64,000 bases of DNA from Opitutaceae bacterium (GTDB taxonomy: Bacteria > Verrucomicrobiota > Verrucomicrobiia > Opitutales > Coraliomargaritaceae). Positions within the stretch are counted from its first letter, which is position 1. Each line of letters begins with the position of its first letter. Below the pieces are notes generated by a model. That model had not been told where the DNA came from. It saw nothing but the letters and a program-made list of their open reading frames with translations, and made no database searches. Shown piece by piece: positions 41,506 to 53,710 of this stretch. A program made the translations under genes and the position numbers. The stretch is from the NCBI GenBank assembly GCA_051252375.1, contig JBPOFY010000004.1:256001-320000 (forward strand), in the 5' to 3' direction.

Positions 41506-42378
41506 ATGCAACTCATCGACGGCAACGCTATCGCAGAATCTATCATTGAAGAACTGACCAAAGAGGTCGGTGCACTCCCCGGCAAGAAACCAGTCATCGC
41601 CGTGATCCGTGTCGGCGAAGACCCTGCCTCCGTATCGTATGTGCGGAAGAAGGAGAAGACCGCCGCACGTATCGGTATCGGCAGTCGTATGCACATCCTA
41701 CCCGAGGACGTGAGCAAAGAAGACCTCTTCGCGCAGATCGACGCACTCAATGCCGACCCAGATGTAAATGGCATCCTGATTCAAGCGCCCCTGCCGAACC
41801 ACATCGACGAGACCGAAACCTTTAACCGCGTCCTCCCTGGCAAAGACGTCGACGGCTTCAACACCGTTAACATCGGCAAGCTCTGCCAAGAAGACAGCAG
41901 CGGCTTTATCGCCTGCACCCCCGCAGGCATCGTCCAGCTCATTGAGCGCAGTGGTATCGAAACGCAAGGCAAGCACGTCGTCGTGCTCGGTCGCAGCCAA
42001 ATCGTAGGCAAGCCCGCCGCCCTGCTGATGGTGCGCAAGGCCGTGTCAGGAAACGCCACCGTCACCATCTGCCACTCTCGCACTCAAGACTTGCCCAGCA
42101 TCACACGTCAAGCCGACGTCCTGATCGCTGCGATTGGCCGCCCCAACTTCGTCACTGGCGACATGGTCAAAGATGGCGTCGCCGTAATCGACGTAGGTAT
42201 CAACCGCGTTGTCGACGAGTCTCGCAAGAGCGGCTACCGCCTAGTCGGTGATGTCGATTTCGAAGCCGTTTCTCAAAAAGCGTCACACATCACCCCCGTG
42301 CCAGGCGGTGTCGGCCCCATGACAGTGGCCATGCTCATGCACAACACCCTGCGCGCTTTCAAAGCCAGCCAGAGCTAA
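41506..42378 (+). CDS. folD: Methylenetetrahydrofolate dehydrogenase/cyclohydrolase
   Basis: [31 protein letters not shown]. Confidence 0.97.
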   Translation: MQLIDGNAIAESIIEELTKEVGALPGKKPVIAVIRVGEDPASVSYVRKKEKTAARIGIGSRMHILPEDVSKEDLFAQIDALNADPDVNGILIQAPLPNHIDETETFNRVLPGKDVDGFNTVNIGKLCQEDSSGFIACTPAGIVQLIERSGIETQGKHVVVLGRSQIVGKPAALLMVRKAVSGNATVTICHSRTQDLPSITRQADVLIAAIGRPNFVTGDMVKDGVAVIDVGINRVVDESRKSGYRLVGDVDFEAVSQKASHITPVPGGVGPMTVAMLMHNTLRAFKASQS

Positions 42379-42383
42379 ACTGG

Positions 42384-43034
42384 ATGGAAGAACCCAAACA
42401 CAACGAACCGCTCAAGCCAGAGCGGCGCTCTGATTTGCCGCCGCCACTCAAGCCAGCCAACGTGCTGGACTCGATCTTCCAACAAGGTGGCCCCATGCCG
42501 GCCGCTGGTCTCGGTATCCGCGGGATCGCCTTCCTCCTCGACTTCGTGCTCCTCACCGCTGTGTCGATGCTCCTGATTTGGAAATTTGCGATTCCTCAGA
42601 ACCACCCCGGCGCGTTTCACGAGTTCACCGCATGGGTGGATGCATTCACAGCTTGGCTACAAATCGCAGGAGAAAAACCAGCAGCACCAGAAATGAGTCG
42701 CTCGCTGATTGAAGCACTCGGCTACGCACAAAATTTACAGTTCTTCATTTTCTGGATTTATTTTGCCATCGGCGAAACCTTTTACGCAGGCAGCTCTCTC
42801 GGCAAACGACTTTGCTGCGTTCGCACAGTCAGCACAATCAGCCTCGGCACAGCACCTTTTTTCACGGGCATCGTGCGCGCAGGACTGAAAACCACGACCA
42901 TCTTCCTACTCTTCCCCGTCAGTATCTTAGTCGGCATGTGCAGCCTCTTTTTCAATAAACGCCGTCAACTCGTGCATGACTTACTCAGCCGCACAGCCGT
43001 CATCGACGAGCGTCTCTCACACCCCAAAGAGTAA
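42384..43034 (+). CDS. RDD-family membrane protein
   Basis: RGIAFLLD, GSSLGKR, RQLVHDLLSRT.V. Confidence 0.88.
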   Translation: MEEPKHNEPLKPERRSDLPPPLKPANVLDSIFQQGGPMPAAGLGIRGIAFLLDFVLLTAVSMLLIWKFAIPQNHPGAFHEFTAWVDAFTAWLQIAGEKPAAPEMSRSLIEALGYAQNLQFFIFWIYFAIGETFYAGSSLGKRLCCVRTVSTISLGTAPFFTGIVRAGLKTTTIFLLFPVSILVGMCSLFFNKRRQLVHDLLSRTAVIDERLSHPKE

Positions 43035-43167
43035 AAGCGGGGTAAAAACCACTGAGATAATCCACGAATTTACTGTTTTACCTTCTCAGATAAGATCCTA
43101 TCTATAAGCAGAACCAATCGCGGCATACTGCCTACGACAATCACGCACATTTAAATCCCGAACTATT

Positions 43168-44280
43168 TTGAGCACAAAACCCAAGCCCAAAATCCTGGTC
43201 GTCGACGACCAACCGATCAACATTAAGCTCTTGCAACGCAAGTTAGAGCGGCAAGGGATGGAAGTATTTGTCGCCTACAATGGTCGCGAGTGCCTCAACA
43301 TCGTTGGCGAGGCGAAACCCGATCTTATTTTGCTCGATATCATGATGCCCGAAATGGACGGCATCGAGACTTGCCAACATCTCAAGGCAAACCCTGAGAC
43401 GGAAACGATTCCAATCATCTTCATCACCGCCAAAGCCTCTAAAGAAGGCAAGCTGGAAGGTCTAGATGCCGGCGCTGTCGACTACATCACTAAGCCGATC
43501 GACCTCGACGAGACGATCGCCCGTGTGCGCACGCAGCTACGCCTACAGGAAATGTTCCGCGAAAATATGGAGCTACAAGAACGCTTGGGCGATGTGCGTA
43601 AAGCGGCGGCAGTCGGTGCCATCACTCAAGGCATTGCACATAATTTGAACAACCTGCTCGGCGTGGTGGTCGGCTACCTCGACTTGATCAAAAACGGCTA
43701 TGACAGCCCCGACATGGTCAAGCGCAGCGTCATGTTAATGGATCACGCGATCACCAGAATGGTCAACATTATCCGTCAGCTAGGCACCATCGCCAACAAC
43801 GAGCGCATCGAACTGGCCCAGAACCCCATTCCACGCCTCATTGAAAACAGCATCGACCGCTTCAAAAAGGAATATGAAGTCGCTGGCGAAGTTGAAGTCC
43901 TCTCGGAACTCGATGATTCGTCCACCATCTCGGCAAACGCTGAAACTTTCGAAATCATCCTCGGCAAACTCTTGATCAATGCTTGGGAAAGTTACGCCAA
44001 AGATACCGCTGACACGGATCGTAAGGTCACACTTCACGCACGCATCTCCCGCGAAAAGGGTCCTAGTGTCCTAGAAGTGAAAGTCGTGGATCAAGGCACT
44101 GGAATCGACCCTGAGGTCACAGACACTTTGTTCGAGCCATTCATCACCACCAAGACCTCCGTAGGTCGAGGCATGGGTCTCACCATCGCGCGCCACACCA
44201 TGCGCAACCTTGAAGGTGAAATTCGTTTGATTGAAAATCCCGACGGTGGCTGCACTGCCACGATGACACATCCCCTTTAA
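43168..44280 (+). CDS. Hybrid receiver/histidine kinase
   Basis: ILVVDD, LLDIMMP, KP; AHNLNN H-box; D.G.G, FITTK, GMGL. Confidence 0.92.
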   Translation: MSTKPKPKILVVDDQPINIKLLQRKLERQGMEVFVAYNGRECLNIVGEAKPDLILLDIMMPEMDGIETCQHLKANPETETIPIIFITAKASKEGKLEGLDAGAVDYITKPIDLDETIARVRTQLRLQEMFRENMELQERLGDVRKAAAVGAITQGIAHNLNNLLGVVVGYLDLIKNGYDSPDMVKRSVMLMDHAITRMVNIIRQLGTIANNERIELAQNPIPRLIENSIDRFKKEYEVAGEVEVLSELDDSSTISANAETFEIILGKLLINAWESYAKDTADTDRKVTLHARISREKGPSVLEVKVVDQGTGIDPEVTDTLFEPFITTKTSVGRGMGLTIARHTMRNLEGEIRLIENPDGGCTATMTHPL

Positions 44281-44290
44281 GGAATCCAAT

Positions 44291-45097
44291 ATGAGTATTC
44301 GCATTGTTTTTATAGGCGCGGGGCGTATGGCTTCCGCCATCGTTCGCGGCTTGCTCGAAAAAGAGCATTACCAACCTGAAGAAATCGCCTGCACTTGCGG
44401 CGACGATCCGACTGGTCCCGCACTCGCGGAAGAGACTGGCATCCAGTTTTTTCCAGATATCACCAACGCGCTCTACGAAGCAGAAGCCGTCGTGCTCGCC
44501 TGCAAGCCACAGCAATTTAACGCGATAGACACCACGCTCGCCGACGCCGCCACAGGAAAGCTCGTGCTCTCCATTCTCGCAGGCACACCACTCGCGAGAC
44601 TCAGTGAGAAATTCGGCAAAGCCCGCAACATCGTGCGGACCATGCCCAACACGCCCGGTCAAATCGGAGCCGGCGTCACCGCATTTGCCCCACTACGCGG
44701 GCTCACCGAAAAAGATTTTGGCATCGTTGAAAACACCCTCAGTTCATTGGGTAATTTCCACGAGGTGGAAGAAGCCGACCTCGACGCGGTGACCGCACTC
44801 AGCGGCAGTGGCCCGGCCTATGTCTTTGAATTTGTCGCCGCACTACGTGAGGCTGGCATCAACTGCGGGCTCGACGAAGGGCTAGCAGAATCCCTCGCCA
44901 TCGATACCTTACTTGGATCTGCCATGCTACTCGCGGACAGCGAAAGTGCACCGGAAGATCTACGCGACGCCGTGACCTCTCCAGGGGGCACCACCGCCGC
45001 CGCACTGAATGTCTTTAAAGAAGGCGACCTTCGCGGCCTCGTCGGCAAAGCACTCGCCGCAGCGAAAGCCCGCTCACTGGAGCTGGCACAAGAGTAA
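44291..45097 (+). CDS. proC: Pyrroline-5-carboxylate reductase
   Basis: GAGRMA, RTMPNTP, SGSGPAY, VTSPGGTT. Confidence 0.96.
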   Translation: MSIRIVFIGAGRMASAIVRGLLEKEHYQPEEIACTCGDDPTGPALAEETGIQFFPDITNALYEAEAVVLACKPQQFNAIDTTLADAATGKLVLSILAGTPLARLSEKFGKARNIVRTMPNTPGQIGAGVTAFAPLRGLTEKDFGIVENTLSSLGNFHEVEEADLDAVTALSGSGPAYVFEFVAALREAGINCGLDEGLAESLAIDTLLGSAMLLADSESAPEDLRDAVTSPGGTTAAALNVFKEGDLRGLVGKALAAAKARSLELAQE

Positions 45098-45139
45098 GCA
45101 AAATTTAGCTTAACAGGCGAAGCTACTCGCGAGGAGACA

Positions 45140-45562
45140 CTACAACTGCAACGGATCGACTGCGAAAAATTGACTCGCATTAAGGAACTGACCTTGCGCA
45201 TCCAGCCAAGCTGGGTCCGCAGTCACTTCGGACATCGATTTCTTCGTATTATTACAGAAAAGGTAAACATCTGGACCGAGGCAGATATAGGCGTCGATTC
45301 CCACACCGTCACCTTCGCGGGTAAAGCTGAACTCACCACCAAGTGCAGTTTGATCTTCGGTCAATTCTTTGCGCAGCGAAATACTATCGTCTGCAAACTC
45401 ACCCATGAAGGCCGCTTCGCGAGGACCTTCGTAAAAGTGTAATTCCAGTGAACTACCTGATAGTCCAACTATCGCCAGCTCATCAAAAACCGGCCGTCCA
45501 TAGGCTTGATTTAATTTCGCAAAGGACTTTTCGATTCGAGTAGTAGCAGCCTCTAAGTTCAT
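45140..45562 (-). CDS. Hypothetical protein
   Basis: Compact ORF with protein-like composition (YGRPVFDE, FCNNTKKSM, FAVDPL). Confidence 0.7.
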   Translation of the reverse strand: MNLEAATTRIEKSFAKLNQAYGRPVFDELAIVGLSGSSLELHFYEGPREAAFMGEFADDSISLRKELTEDQTALGGEFSFTREGDGVGIDAYICLGPDVYLFCNNTKKSMSEVTADPAWLDAQGQFLNASQFFAVDPLQL

Positions 45563-45727
45563 AAATCTAAACAACAAGAAACTTACCCATGCTTCAAACT
45601 AAAATCCATTTGAAGCACTGATTTGAGCGAAATCGGACAAACCAAATGAGTTTTTTACAGCGACCTAAAGGATACCCCTCACCAAAGAAATCAGATATTC
45701 AAGCCAACCATAGCCGACAAAGATGAT

Positions 45728-46579
45728 CTAACGACGAAACCGACGAGCCGCTAAAGACGAACTGACAGGTCTCTTCTTAGAGGCCGTTTTCGGCTGCGGG
45801 CGCCCATGGTTTAATCCGGGGCGAAACGATAGAACCGATTGAAAAGCTTCAGGTAGTTCAGAGACTGCTTTAAAATCTTTCATCTTACCGTTGAAAGCGT
45901 AGCGCACGGACGTTTCCCCAGAATGAAGCATCATCCGCTTTTCACCTGTTTCGCGCGAAACTTCTCGATTAAAACTAAAACTACCGTATGTGCGATCGCC
46001 CACGACAGGATGACCGTGTTTTTTACACTGCACACGTAATTGATGCGTCCGCCCTGTCACTGGCATGAGTTTCAGCAAAGACACAGGAAAACCTCCGACG
46101 GGGGACTTGACCACTTGATAGCGAGCCTTGGCCGGCACGCTCTGACCATTGCGGACCAAGCGCTTGCCGCGATGCACATCCTTTTTTAAGGAATCGTTCC
46201 ATACACCGGTCGGCAATGAAGGCGCTCGCTTGACCACCGCGTAGTAGGTCTTCGCTACTTTATGAGTGGCAAAAAGTTGCTTAATCGTCGTGGCGATCTC
46301 GGCATTCAATCCGATCAAAATCACTCCCGAGGTCGGTGAATCCAGGCGATTGATCAACCAAACTCGCTGCTCCTCGCCTGCCTCGTTCTGCCAGCTGAAG
46401 CATTCCTCATCATAATCGTAAGCCGCATCAAGTAATGCACGCTCCTTATCCTTCGCAGAATTTGGATGCGCAAGCACCCCTATCGGCTTTTCCAATGCGA
46501 CGAGTCCGTCTTCATTCGACGCCAAGACGCCCACACCTCTAGTGAGGGGTAAATCTTTAATCTGTGTCTCGTTATGCAT
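45728..46579 (-). CDS. RluA-family pseudouridine synthase
   Basis: KPIGVLAH, NRLDSPTSGV, TGRTHQLRV, GD.TYG. Confidence 0.92.
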   Translation of the reverse strand: MHNETQIKDLPLTRGVGVLASNEDGLVALEKPIGVLAHPNSAKDKERALLDAAYDYDEECFSWQNEAGEEQRVWLINRLDSPTSGVILIGLNAEIATTIKQLFATHKVAKTYYAVVKRAPSLPTGVWNDSLKKDVHRGKRLVRNGQSVPAKARYQVVKSPVGGFPVSLLKLMPVTGRTHQLRVQCKKHGHPVVGDRTYGSFSFNREVSRETGEKRMMLHSGETSVRYAFNGKMKDFKAVSELPEAFQSVLSFRPGLNHGRPQPKTASKKRPVSSSLAARRFRR

Positions 46580-46640
46580 GCTTGAAACGTTGCAATGTTA
46601 TGAGATCTAGAAAAATCACAACTCTTTCCTTCAACAAGGC

Positions 46641-47768
46641 TCATCGATAATGAAACGCGACCGTCAAAGTGCGCTCTTGGCCGAATACTTGAACCATCTC
46701 GCGCGTCCATGGGCGAAACGGTGAGCGCTTCACAATCGCGCTTTCACAAATGATAGTGGCAATTTCACTCGCCGTTGTCCGCGCGACCTCCACATCCGTA
46801 ACCTTACCATCCGCATGTATCGTAAAACGAACCTGCACAGTGGCCGAGGTGTCAATCGGTTGGTAAAACTCAATCTCCTGATACCACCCTGCCTGTAGTG
46901 CGGCGTAGAACTGTTGCTGATATTCGCCAAACTCGCTGAAAGTCGCATCGATCGCCAAGGTGCCACGTAGACGAGTGGAGCCAGTCGATTGCATCAACGG
47001 TCCGCGTATCAACTCGGGATCCAAGCGCGGACGTTCACGGGGCATCGGCTTGGCTGTCGACCCACCATTACCTTCACCGTTTTGCGCTTGCTCAACGGAT
47101 GGTGACTGCGGCGATGGCTTATAAACATTGATCGGCGCATCCGGATCGGGGTTCGGCGTCACTTCGGTTGCGACCCCCGGCGTTTCCAGCCGGCTACCCG
47201 GACCTTCTTCAGTCACGGGTGTTTGCTCTAAAAATGCCGGTGTTGGCAATGGTGGCGCAGGTGTCGGTGTAGGCTGAGCAATCGCACCTGGCTTACCTCC
47301 GTCAGTGCCGTCGCCCTCTCCTGGTTTCGCTTGAGGCGAATAAACGCCCGGTGGCAAGGGTGGGGCTTGCTCCGATGCCCCTTGAATTATTTTTTGCGAC
47401 TGCGTGTCGCCATCTACATCCGGTGCTTCAAGCGGATCGTCACTCACCTTCTCACTGGCCAATTGCTGATTTTTGAATGAATACTGGTCCTGCCGATCTG
47501 GCGTATTCTCCGGAGCCTCTGGATTGACCTCAACGAAGCGTAATTGATCCGCAGTCAAAGGCTCGGGCGGCACAAGCGTCACTTCGAGCACGTCATCTGC
47601 CTTCTCTCCGATAACAGCAGAGAATAGTATTTGCTCGGGAATCACCCAAAGCAGACCGACATGCAGTAACAACGCAATGAGCAGGGCGCACACAGTAGTG
47701 AAGCGACGATCATGGCGATACGTATCAAAGGGGTGCTGCCCACTGGAAACTGTTTCTGTGCCGTTCAA
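46641..47768 (-). CDS. TonB/TolA-like Pro-rich membrane-anchored protein
   Basis: N-terminal TM helix with LLLH, Pro-rich linker, C-terminal VRFTIHADG.V...SPF.PW. Confidence 0.7.
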   Translation of the reverse strand: MNGTETVSSGQHPFDTYRHDRRFTTVCALLIALLLHVGLLWVIPEQILFSAVIGEKADDVLEVTLVPPEPLTADQLRFVEVNPEAPENTPDRQDQYSFKNQQLASEKVSDDPLEAPDVDGDTQSQKIIQGASEQAPPLPPGVYSPQAKPGEGDGTDGGKPGAIAQPTPTPAPPLPTPAFLEQTPVTEEGPGSRLETPGVATEVTPNPDPDAPINVYKPSPQSPSVEQAQNGEGNGGSTAKPMPRERPRLDPELIRGPLMQSTGSTRLRGTLAIDATFSEFGEYQQQFYAALQAGWYQEIEFYQPIDTSATVQVRFTIHADGKVTDVEVARTTASEIATIICESAIVKRSPFRPWTREMVQVFGQERTLTVAFHYR

Positions 47769-47783
47769 ATCAAAGGAATCGAA

Positions 47784-48380
47784 TCAGCTTTCGTCCCGAA
47801 AGTCGAAGCGATGTTCCGCAAACTTAACAGCCAGTGCCTGAATCGGCAGCCCCATCACATTTTCAACAGAGCCTTCGACGGACTCGATAATCAATTCCCT
47901 GCCCTCCTGAATGCCATAAGCGCCGGCCTTATCGAGCGGATTGACGATCGCAAAATAAGCATCGATCGTGGCATCATCGAGTGACTTAAAACGCACATCA
48001 CTACGCTCAACAAAACATTCCCTAAAGCCACCAGCACTCCAATGCAAAGCCACTGCAGTATAGACAGTGTGCACGCGACCGGACAAACGTTGCAGCATGG
48101 CTTTGGCATCTGCCAAATCAGTCGGCTTGCTCAACACCCGATCATCAATCGCAACAGTCGTATCGGAACCAAGGATGAGTGCGTCGGGATAAGTGTCCTC
48201 CATCGCGGCAGCTTTGAGTGCCGCATTATGATGCACCATTTGCTCAGGACCGTTCGATCCGGAATCGTCTTCTTCGGCATGCGATGGATGCACTTCAAAA
48301 GCCAAGCCCATACGCTGGAGTAATTCACTCCGCCGTGGAGACGCCGAAGCGAGCACAAGTTTTTCAGGTTTCGATGCCAT
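47784..48380 (-). CDS. maf: Maf-family nucleoside triphosphate pyrophosphatase
   Basis: [33 protein letters not shown]. Confidence 0.94.
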   Translation of the reverse strand: MASKPEKLVLASASPRRSELLQRMGLAFEVHPSHAEEDDSGSNGPEQMVHHNAALKAAAMEDTYPDALILGSDTTVAIDDRVLSKPTDLADAKAMLQRLSGRVHTVYTAVALHWSAGGFRECFVERSDVRFKSLDDATIDAYFAIVNPLDKAGAYGIQEGRELIIESVEGSVENVMGLPIQALAVKFAEHRFDFRDES

Positions 48381-48384
48381 CTAA

Positions 48385-49743
48385 CTATTCCAAAACACGT
48401 TCCACTGATCCGATGGCACGGGCAAAAGCCAAGCGACTTAATCCATATAAATAAATGGCTCGCAGATGACTGTTTTCCGCATCGGATAAACGTTGCTGCG
48501 CGTCGATCAACTCACGGTTGTCGGCGAGGCCCTCGCGATAGCGTTCTTCCGCCTGCTCGATTTCCGCACGCCCAAGACGAATCTCATCACGCGCAATCTC
48601 GATTTGAGCATAACGCGAATCCATATCGATCATCGCGAAGCGAAACTCCCGCTGTATGCGATTCTCTAAATCACGCATCAGATATTCGCGCTGACGAACC
48701 ACGGCAGCGGCCTCCCGGCGCTCCGAAGCGATACGTCCACCTTCAAAAATGGGAATGCTCGCTCGTATGCCTGCTAGCCACGCCTCCTTCTCGTCGCGAT
48801 CAAAAGCGTCATCCGAATCGTAGCCCCACTCCCCGAACAGTTCGATACTAGGCAGTCGTTGCCAAGCCGTGGCCTTCCTAGTTAATCGCGCCTGATCCAA
48901 CTGCAATTGTTCACTCGCCAGTTCAGGGCGTAATCCAAGAAGATCTTCCATCGTAGCATACTTTTTCAAGGACGGTGGCGACTTGATGCCTTCAATGATT
49001 GATCGGTCTAGTAAAAGCTCGCGGTCCAAGTCCACGTCGAGAAGTGCCTTCAACTGGAGAATCGAATCTACAACCAAGGCTTCCGCCTCCATCAATGTCC
49101 TGCGCTCCGTCGCCACACGCACCTCCGCCCGGGTGACATCGATCTTAATCGCCGCCCCGGCATCAAACTGCTTCTGTGCAAGCTCCAGTAGTTCCAGATC
49201 GCGTTCGATATTTCCCTGCGAAATCTCCACTCGGCGCAAATCCCGCAAATGGGTAAAGTAAAGCTGCACCGCCTGATCCAAAATATCCTGCACCGCGACA
49301 TCATAGTCATGGTGCGCAATGGCTTCAGCTAATTTGGCCACACGATATTGGGAATATTTTTGCGTATCGAACAGAGTCTGGGTGCCGACCACACGCGCAT
49401 TGAATGAATTAAATGGCGGCGACTCAAAATCAGCCCCCGCGAAGCCACTGCCATATTGCTGACGTGTCTGCTGTGACTGTATCGAGAGCTGCGGCAAGAG
49501 CGCCGCGCGCTGTTGAAAGCTTTTTTCTAGCGCACGCTGCACCGATTCTTTCTCAAACAAAACACGAGGGCTTTTCGCCTTAATGTGCTCCATCATCGCA
49601 TCGACCGTCAAAAACAACGGTCCTTCCGCTGTCTCAGCTGTTTCCGACTCATCAGGCACAACGGATTCCGAAGCGATTGTAGCAGTGCAAAATAGCAAGG
49701 TAATCGAAATGAAAATACTGAAAGTCTTGAGTTCTCTTAACAT
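48385..49743 (-). CDS. TolC-family outer membrane protein
   Basis: Signal peptide, LLP.L, IPIFEGG, ERYREGL. Confidence 0.88.
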   Translation of the reverse strand: MLRELKTFSIFISITLLFCTATIASESVVPDESETAETAEGPLFLTVDAMMEHIKAKSPRVLFEKESVQRALEKSFQQRAALLPQLSIQSQQTRQQYGSGFAGADFESPPFNSFNARVVGTQTLFDTQKYSQYRVAKLAEAIAHHDYDVAVQDILDQAVQLYFTHLRDLRRVEISQGNIERDLELLELAQKQFDAGAAIKIDVTRAEVRVATERRTLMEAEALVVDSILQLKALLDVDLDRELLLDRSIIEGIKSPPSLKKYATMEDLLGLRPELASEQLQLDQARLTRKATAWQRLPSIELFGEWGYDSDDAFDRDEKEAWLAGIRASIPIFEGGRIASERREAAAVVRQREYLMRDLENRIQREFRFAMIDMDSRYAQIEIARDEIRLGRAEIEQAEERYREGLADNRELIDAQQRLSDAENSHLRAIYLYGLSRLAFARAIGSVERVLE

Positions 49744-49850
49744 CGGAAAATAGTCGTTACCTCTCGGCTGTTTTGTAACCGATCGTGACTATCTATGCCA
49801 TCGGTCGATTTGCAAGTCGCCACATCAAACAATTGTTTTAAATTTTACCC

Positions 49851-51497
49851 ATGAAGATCGGTCTTGCCCAAATCAACACCACTGTCGGCGACCTAGCTGG
49901 CAACCAACAATTGATCCTTGATGCCTATCAGGCACTCGTGGCCGACGGCGCAGAGCTCGTGCTCTTCCCCGAGCTTGCCATCTGCGGCTACCCGCCCCGC
50001 GATCTACTCTTCAAGAGCCGCTTCGTCAGCGACATTCGTTCGACACTCGACACAATTGCGCAATCCATTGGTGCCGTGCCCGCCGTGGTCGGCTTTGTCG
50101 AAAAGCGCACCGAGTCCAACACCGGACGCCCCTTTTACAATGCAGCCGCTTGGTGCGAATCAGGCGCCGTGCAAACCATCGGCCGCAAGTCGCTCCTACC
50201 GAGTTACGACGTCTTCGACGAAGAGCGCTACTTCGAGCCCGCAGAAGGCCCGACCGTCCACGTATGGAATGGTCTCAAAGTCGGTATCACCATCTGTGAA
50301 GACATTTGGACGCATCCCGACATCCAAACCAGTCGCCGCTACTGCCAAGATCCGGTCGCCACACTAGCAGTCGAAAAAATCGACTTGCTGCTCAACCTTT
50401 CAGCCAGCCCTTGGCATGAAGGTAAAAACGAAGCCCGCGAACCACTCGTGCAAGATGCCGCGGACCGTTGCCAGTGCCCCGCCATCTATTGCAACTCTGT
50501 CGGCGGCAACGACGAACTCATCTTTGACGGTGGCAGCTTAATCGCTCATCCAGAACGCGGACTGATCGCAGGGCTCGCCGCATTCCGCGCCGACAGCCGC
50601 GTGATCGACATCGAAGCCAGCAGCGATTTTGTCGTCTCCGAATTTTTCAACCTCAAGGGCAACGCCGCCACACATGATGCGCTCGTGCTGGGGCTGCGTG
50701 ACTACGCCCACAAAAGCGGTTTCAAGAAAGCCCTCATTGGGCTCAGCGGTGGTATCGACTCCGCCGTCGTCGCCGCGATTGCCGCCGAATCCTTCGGTCC
50801 GGAAAACGTCATCGGCATCGCCCTGCCCTCTGCAATTTCCAGCCAACACAGCCGCGACGACGCAGCAGCACTGGCAAAGAACCTCGGCATCGAATATCAC
50901 GAAGTCGCCATCGCCGAGACCGTCGCTTCCGCTGAGTCTGCCCTCGCTCCGCTCTTCGAAGGCATGCAAGCCGATGTGACCGAAGAAAACATTCAAGCCC
51001 GTGCGCGTGGCGTGCTCCTCATGGCGATGTCCAACAAGTTCGGCGCACTGCTACTGACGACAGGCAACAAAAGCGAAATTTCCGTCGGCTACTGCACGCT
51101 TTACGGCGACATGTGCGGCGGTCTCGCGGTGATCTCCGACTTGCCGAAAATGAAAGTCTATGCCCTCGCACGTCACATCAACAACGAGCGCGAAATCATC
51201 CCCGTCAATACGATTGAGAAAGCGCCTTCCGCTGAGTTACGCCTAGACCAAAAAGACGAAGACTCCTTGCCCCCTTACCCAGTTCTCGATGGTATCCTTC
51301 GCCTCTATGTCGAAGAAGGTCTCTCCTCCGCAGAGATCATCGAGCGTGGCTACGATGCCGTAATCGTGCGCGACATCATCCGCAAGGTCGACCTCAACGA
51401 ATACAAACGCAAACAAGCCGCTCCGGGACTCAAAACCACACCCCTCGCCTTCGGTGTCGGGCGTCGGATCCCCATCGTCCAAAAATATGTAAGCTAG
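49851..51497 (+). CDS. nadE: Glutamine-dependent NAD+ synthetase
   Basis: Nitrilase-like domain (FPEL, ICEDIW), [19 protein letters not shown]. Confidence 0.96.
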   Translation: MKIGLAQINTTVGDLAGNQQLILDAYQALVADGAELVLFPELAICGYPPRDLLFKSRFVSDIRSTLDTIAQSIGAVPAVVGFVEKRTESNTGRPFYNAAAWCESGAVQTIGRKSLLPSYDVFDEERYFEPAEGPTVHVWNGLKVGITICEDIWTHPDIQTSRRYCQDPVATLAVEKIDLLLNLSASPWHEGKNEAREPLVQDAADRCQCPAIYCNSVGGNDELIFDGGSLIAHPERGLIAGLAAFRADSRVIDIEASSDFVVSEFFNLKGNAATHDALVLGLRDYAHKSGFKKALIGLSGGIDSAVVAAIAAESFGPENVIGIALPSAISSQHSRDDAAALAKNLGIEYHEVAIAETVASAESALAPLFEGMQADVTEENIQARARGVLLMAMSNKFGALLLTTGNKSEISVGYCTLYGDMCGGLAVISDLPKMKVYALARHINNEREIIPVNTIEKAPSAELRLDQKDEDSLPPYPVLDGILRLYVEEGLSSAEIIERGYDAVIVRDIIRKVDLNEYKRKQAAPGLKTTPLAFGVGRRIPIVQKYVS

Positions 51498-51520
51498 GAT
51501 GGGAACGTCCCCATTTATCC

Positions 51521-52798
51521 ATGAACACTTCCGAACAACTCTTCGAACGCGCCAAGCAACTGATTCCTGGTGGCGTAAATTCACCTGTGCGTGCTTTCCG
51601 CTCTGTTGGTGGCGCGCCCTTCTTTACTGAGCGCGCTGAAGGCGCACACCTCTATACTGCCGATGGCACAGATCTGATCGACTTTGTCTGCACTTGGGGC
51701 CCAGCGATCCACGGGCACAACGATCCGGACGTGCGAGCCGCAATCGGCAAGGCACTCGAAAACGGCACCAGTTTCGGCACGCCCAATCCATACGAAGTCG
51801 AGATGGCAGAGCTCATCGTCGAGATGGTGCCTTCGGTCGAAAAAGTGCGCATGTGCAACAGCGGCACTGAAGCCACGATGTCTTCGATTCGCTTGGCTCG
51901 TGGCTACACTGGTCGCGATAAAATTATAAAGTTCGCAGGCTGCTTTCACGGTCATGTCGATTCATTGCTCGTTAAAGCAGGCTCCGGCGCACTGACCCTT
52001 GGCAACCCTGACAGCGCAGGTATCCCCGCAAGTTTTGCCGCCGAAACAATCGTCGTGGATTACAACGACCCCGAAGGTGTGCGAGCCGCTTTTGAACAAC
52101 ACCCCGAACAAATCGCCGCGCTGATCGTCGAGCCCTATCCCGCCAACTGCGGACTCATCCTACCCGACGAAGGTTTCCTTGAACTGCTACGCTCACTCTG
52201 CACCGAGCATGGCACGGTCTTAATCTTCGACGAAGTGATGACTGGATTTCGCCTAGCAAAAGGTGGCGTGCAGGAACTCGTGGGCATCACACCCGACATA
52301 ACCGCACTTGGCAAAATTATCGGCGGCGGTTTACCTGTCGGCGCATTTGGCGGTAAAGCTGAAATCATGGATTGTCTCGCGCCACTTGGCCCCGTCTATC
52401 AAGCAGGCACCCTAAGCGGCAACCCACTCGCGATGGCCGCAGGCATTGCAGCACTCACGAAGCTAAAAACTGACAACCCGTATCCACTTTTCGATACAAT
52501 GGGCAGCGCGATTCGCACCGCGCTTCTCGACGCAGCACAAAGCAAGGGTCTCCCCTTACAGGTGCCACAAGTCGGATCAATGTTTGCCGTTTTCTTCAGC
52601 GAAGAACCTGTGCGTAATTACGACGACGCCATCGCCAGCACCACAGGGCACTTCAATAAACTCTTCCACTACGCACTAGAGCATGGGGTTTACCTACCGC
52701 CTTCCGCCTACGAGACCTGCTTCATTTGCACCGCTCACAATGGCGCAGACATCGACCGCGCCGCTGAAATTCTAGCTGCAGGGATCGCATCGATTTAA
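51521..52798 (+). CDS. hemL: Glutamate-1-semialdehyde aminotransferase
   Basis: [36 protein letters not shown]. Confidence 0.97.
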   Translation: MNTSEQLFERAKQLIPGGVNSPVRAFRSVGGAPFFTERAEGAHLYTADGTDLIDFVCTWGPAIHGHNDPDVRAAIGKALENGTSFGTPNPYEVEMAELIVEMVPSVEKVRMCNSGTEATMSSIRLARGYTGRDKIIKFAGCFHGHVDSLLVKAGSGALTLGNPDSAGIPASFAAETIVVDYNDPEGVRAAFEQHPEQIAALIVEPYPANCGLILPDEGFLELLRSLCTEHGTVLIFDEVMTGFRLAKGGVQELVGITPDITALGKIIGGGLPVGAFGGKAEIMDCLAPLGPVYQAGTLSGNPLAMAAGIAALTKLKTDNPYPLFDTMGSAIRTALLDAAQSKGLPLQVPQVGSMFAVFFSEEPVRNYDDAIASTTGHFNKLFHYALEHGVYLPPSAYETCFICTAHNGADIDRAAEILAAGIASI

Positions 52799-52799
52799 A

Positions 52800-53555
52800 A
52801 TGTATGCTGGGGTTCAAAAGTTAATCACGCGATTGTGCTACCTCTTCGTGATTCTCGGGATCGTTGCCTACCTACGCAAAGATCGCTTGCCCGACTACAC
52901 CGCGATCGACCCTGCCCTGCGCGAACAACCGACACAGATCCAGTCTGCCGCGCCTGAGTTTCAAATTGAATATAAAGGCAAAAGCTATCGCGTCCGACCG
53001 AAAGCAAACTACACGCTAACGGGATTAATTGTTTCGCAAAATAATCCGACCGGCATCGCCGACATTTACCACGACTCCAAGTCGCTCGACACAAAAGATT
53101 TTTGCGTGATCTGGGGACACAACGTGCGCAGCAATGAATTCAAAGATGTGACCTACTGGAGTGGTGCGTGGACATGTTACTGCCAATGGGATGACCTAGG
53201 CCTACGCTTCTGGACTGAAGAGCTCTCCAATAATCATTTGATTACAGACAGTGATTTAATCCGCCGAAAAATCGCCCGCAGTGGCATCGGCGACCAAATC
53301 CAAATTAAAGGTCAATTAGTCGACTATAAGGAAGTCGGCACTGGTGGCGGTTGGCGCAGTAGCAGCCTCGTGCGAACAGATACCGGCAACGGCGCTTGCG
53401 AAGTGATCTTTGTCAGAGAGCTCAGCATACTGCGCAGCACAAATGCGATATGGCGCAAATTTTTCCTAGTCAGCCTGATCATGCTAGCAACCGCCCTGAT
53501 CTCAAAAGCACTTTTGTTTTTTGCAATTGGCAGCAAGCGCGCACTACCAAACTAG
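52800..53555 (+). CDS. Hypothetical membrane-anchored protein
   Basis: N- and C-terminal TM helices; D...WG, SNNHLI, SSLVRTDTGNGACEVIFV. Confidence 0.78.
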   Translation: MYAGVQKLITRLCYLFVILGIVAYLRKDRLPDYTAIDPALREQPTQIQSAAPEFQIEYKGKSYRVRPKANYTLTGLIVSQNNPTGIADIYHDSKSLDTKDFCVIWGHNVRSNEFKDVTYWSGAWTCYCQWDDLGLRFWTEELSNNHLITDSDLIRRKIARSGIGDQIQIKGQLVDYKEVGTGGGWRSSSLVRTDTGNGACEVIFVRELSILRSTNAIWRKFFLVSLIMLATALISKALLFFAIGSKRALPN

Positions 53556-53600
53556 AATGGCTTCAGCAAAGTAGTCTATTGGAATAGACTGACCGAGATA

Positions 53601-53684
53601 GGTAGCGGCGCTTGTCCCTAAGCGCCATACGTCAGAGTCAGCCCGTATCGAGTGGCGCTTAGGGACAAGCGCCGCTACCTCTGA
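53601..53684. repeat. Intact REP doublet (REPIN), family A
   Basis: ggtagcggcgcttgtccctaagcgcca ... tggcgcttagggacaagcgccgctacc as perfect inverted arms. Confidence 0.92.
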
Positions 53685-53710
53685 CATTCGCCAAAAAAAC
53701 AAGCGCGCGC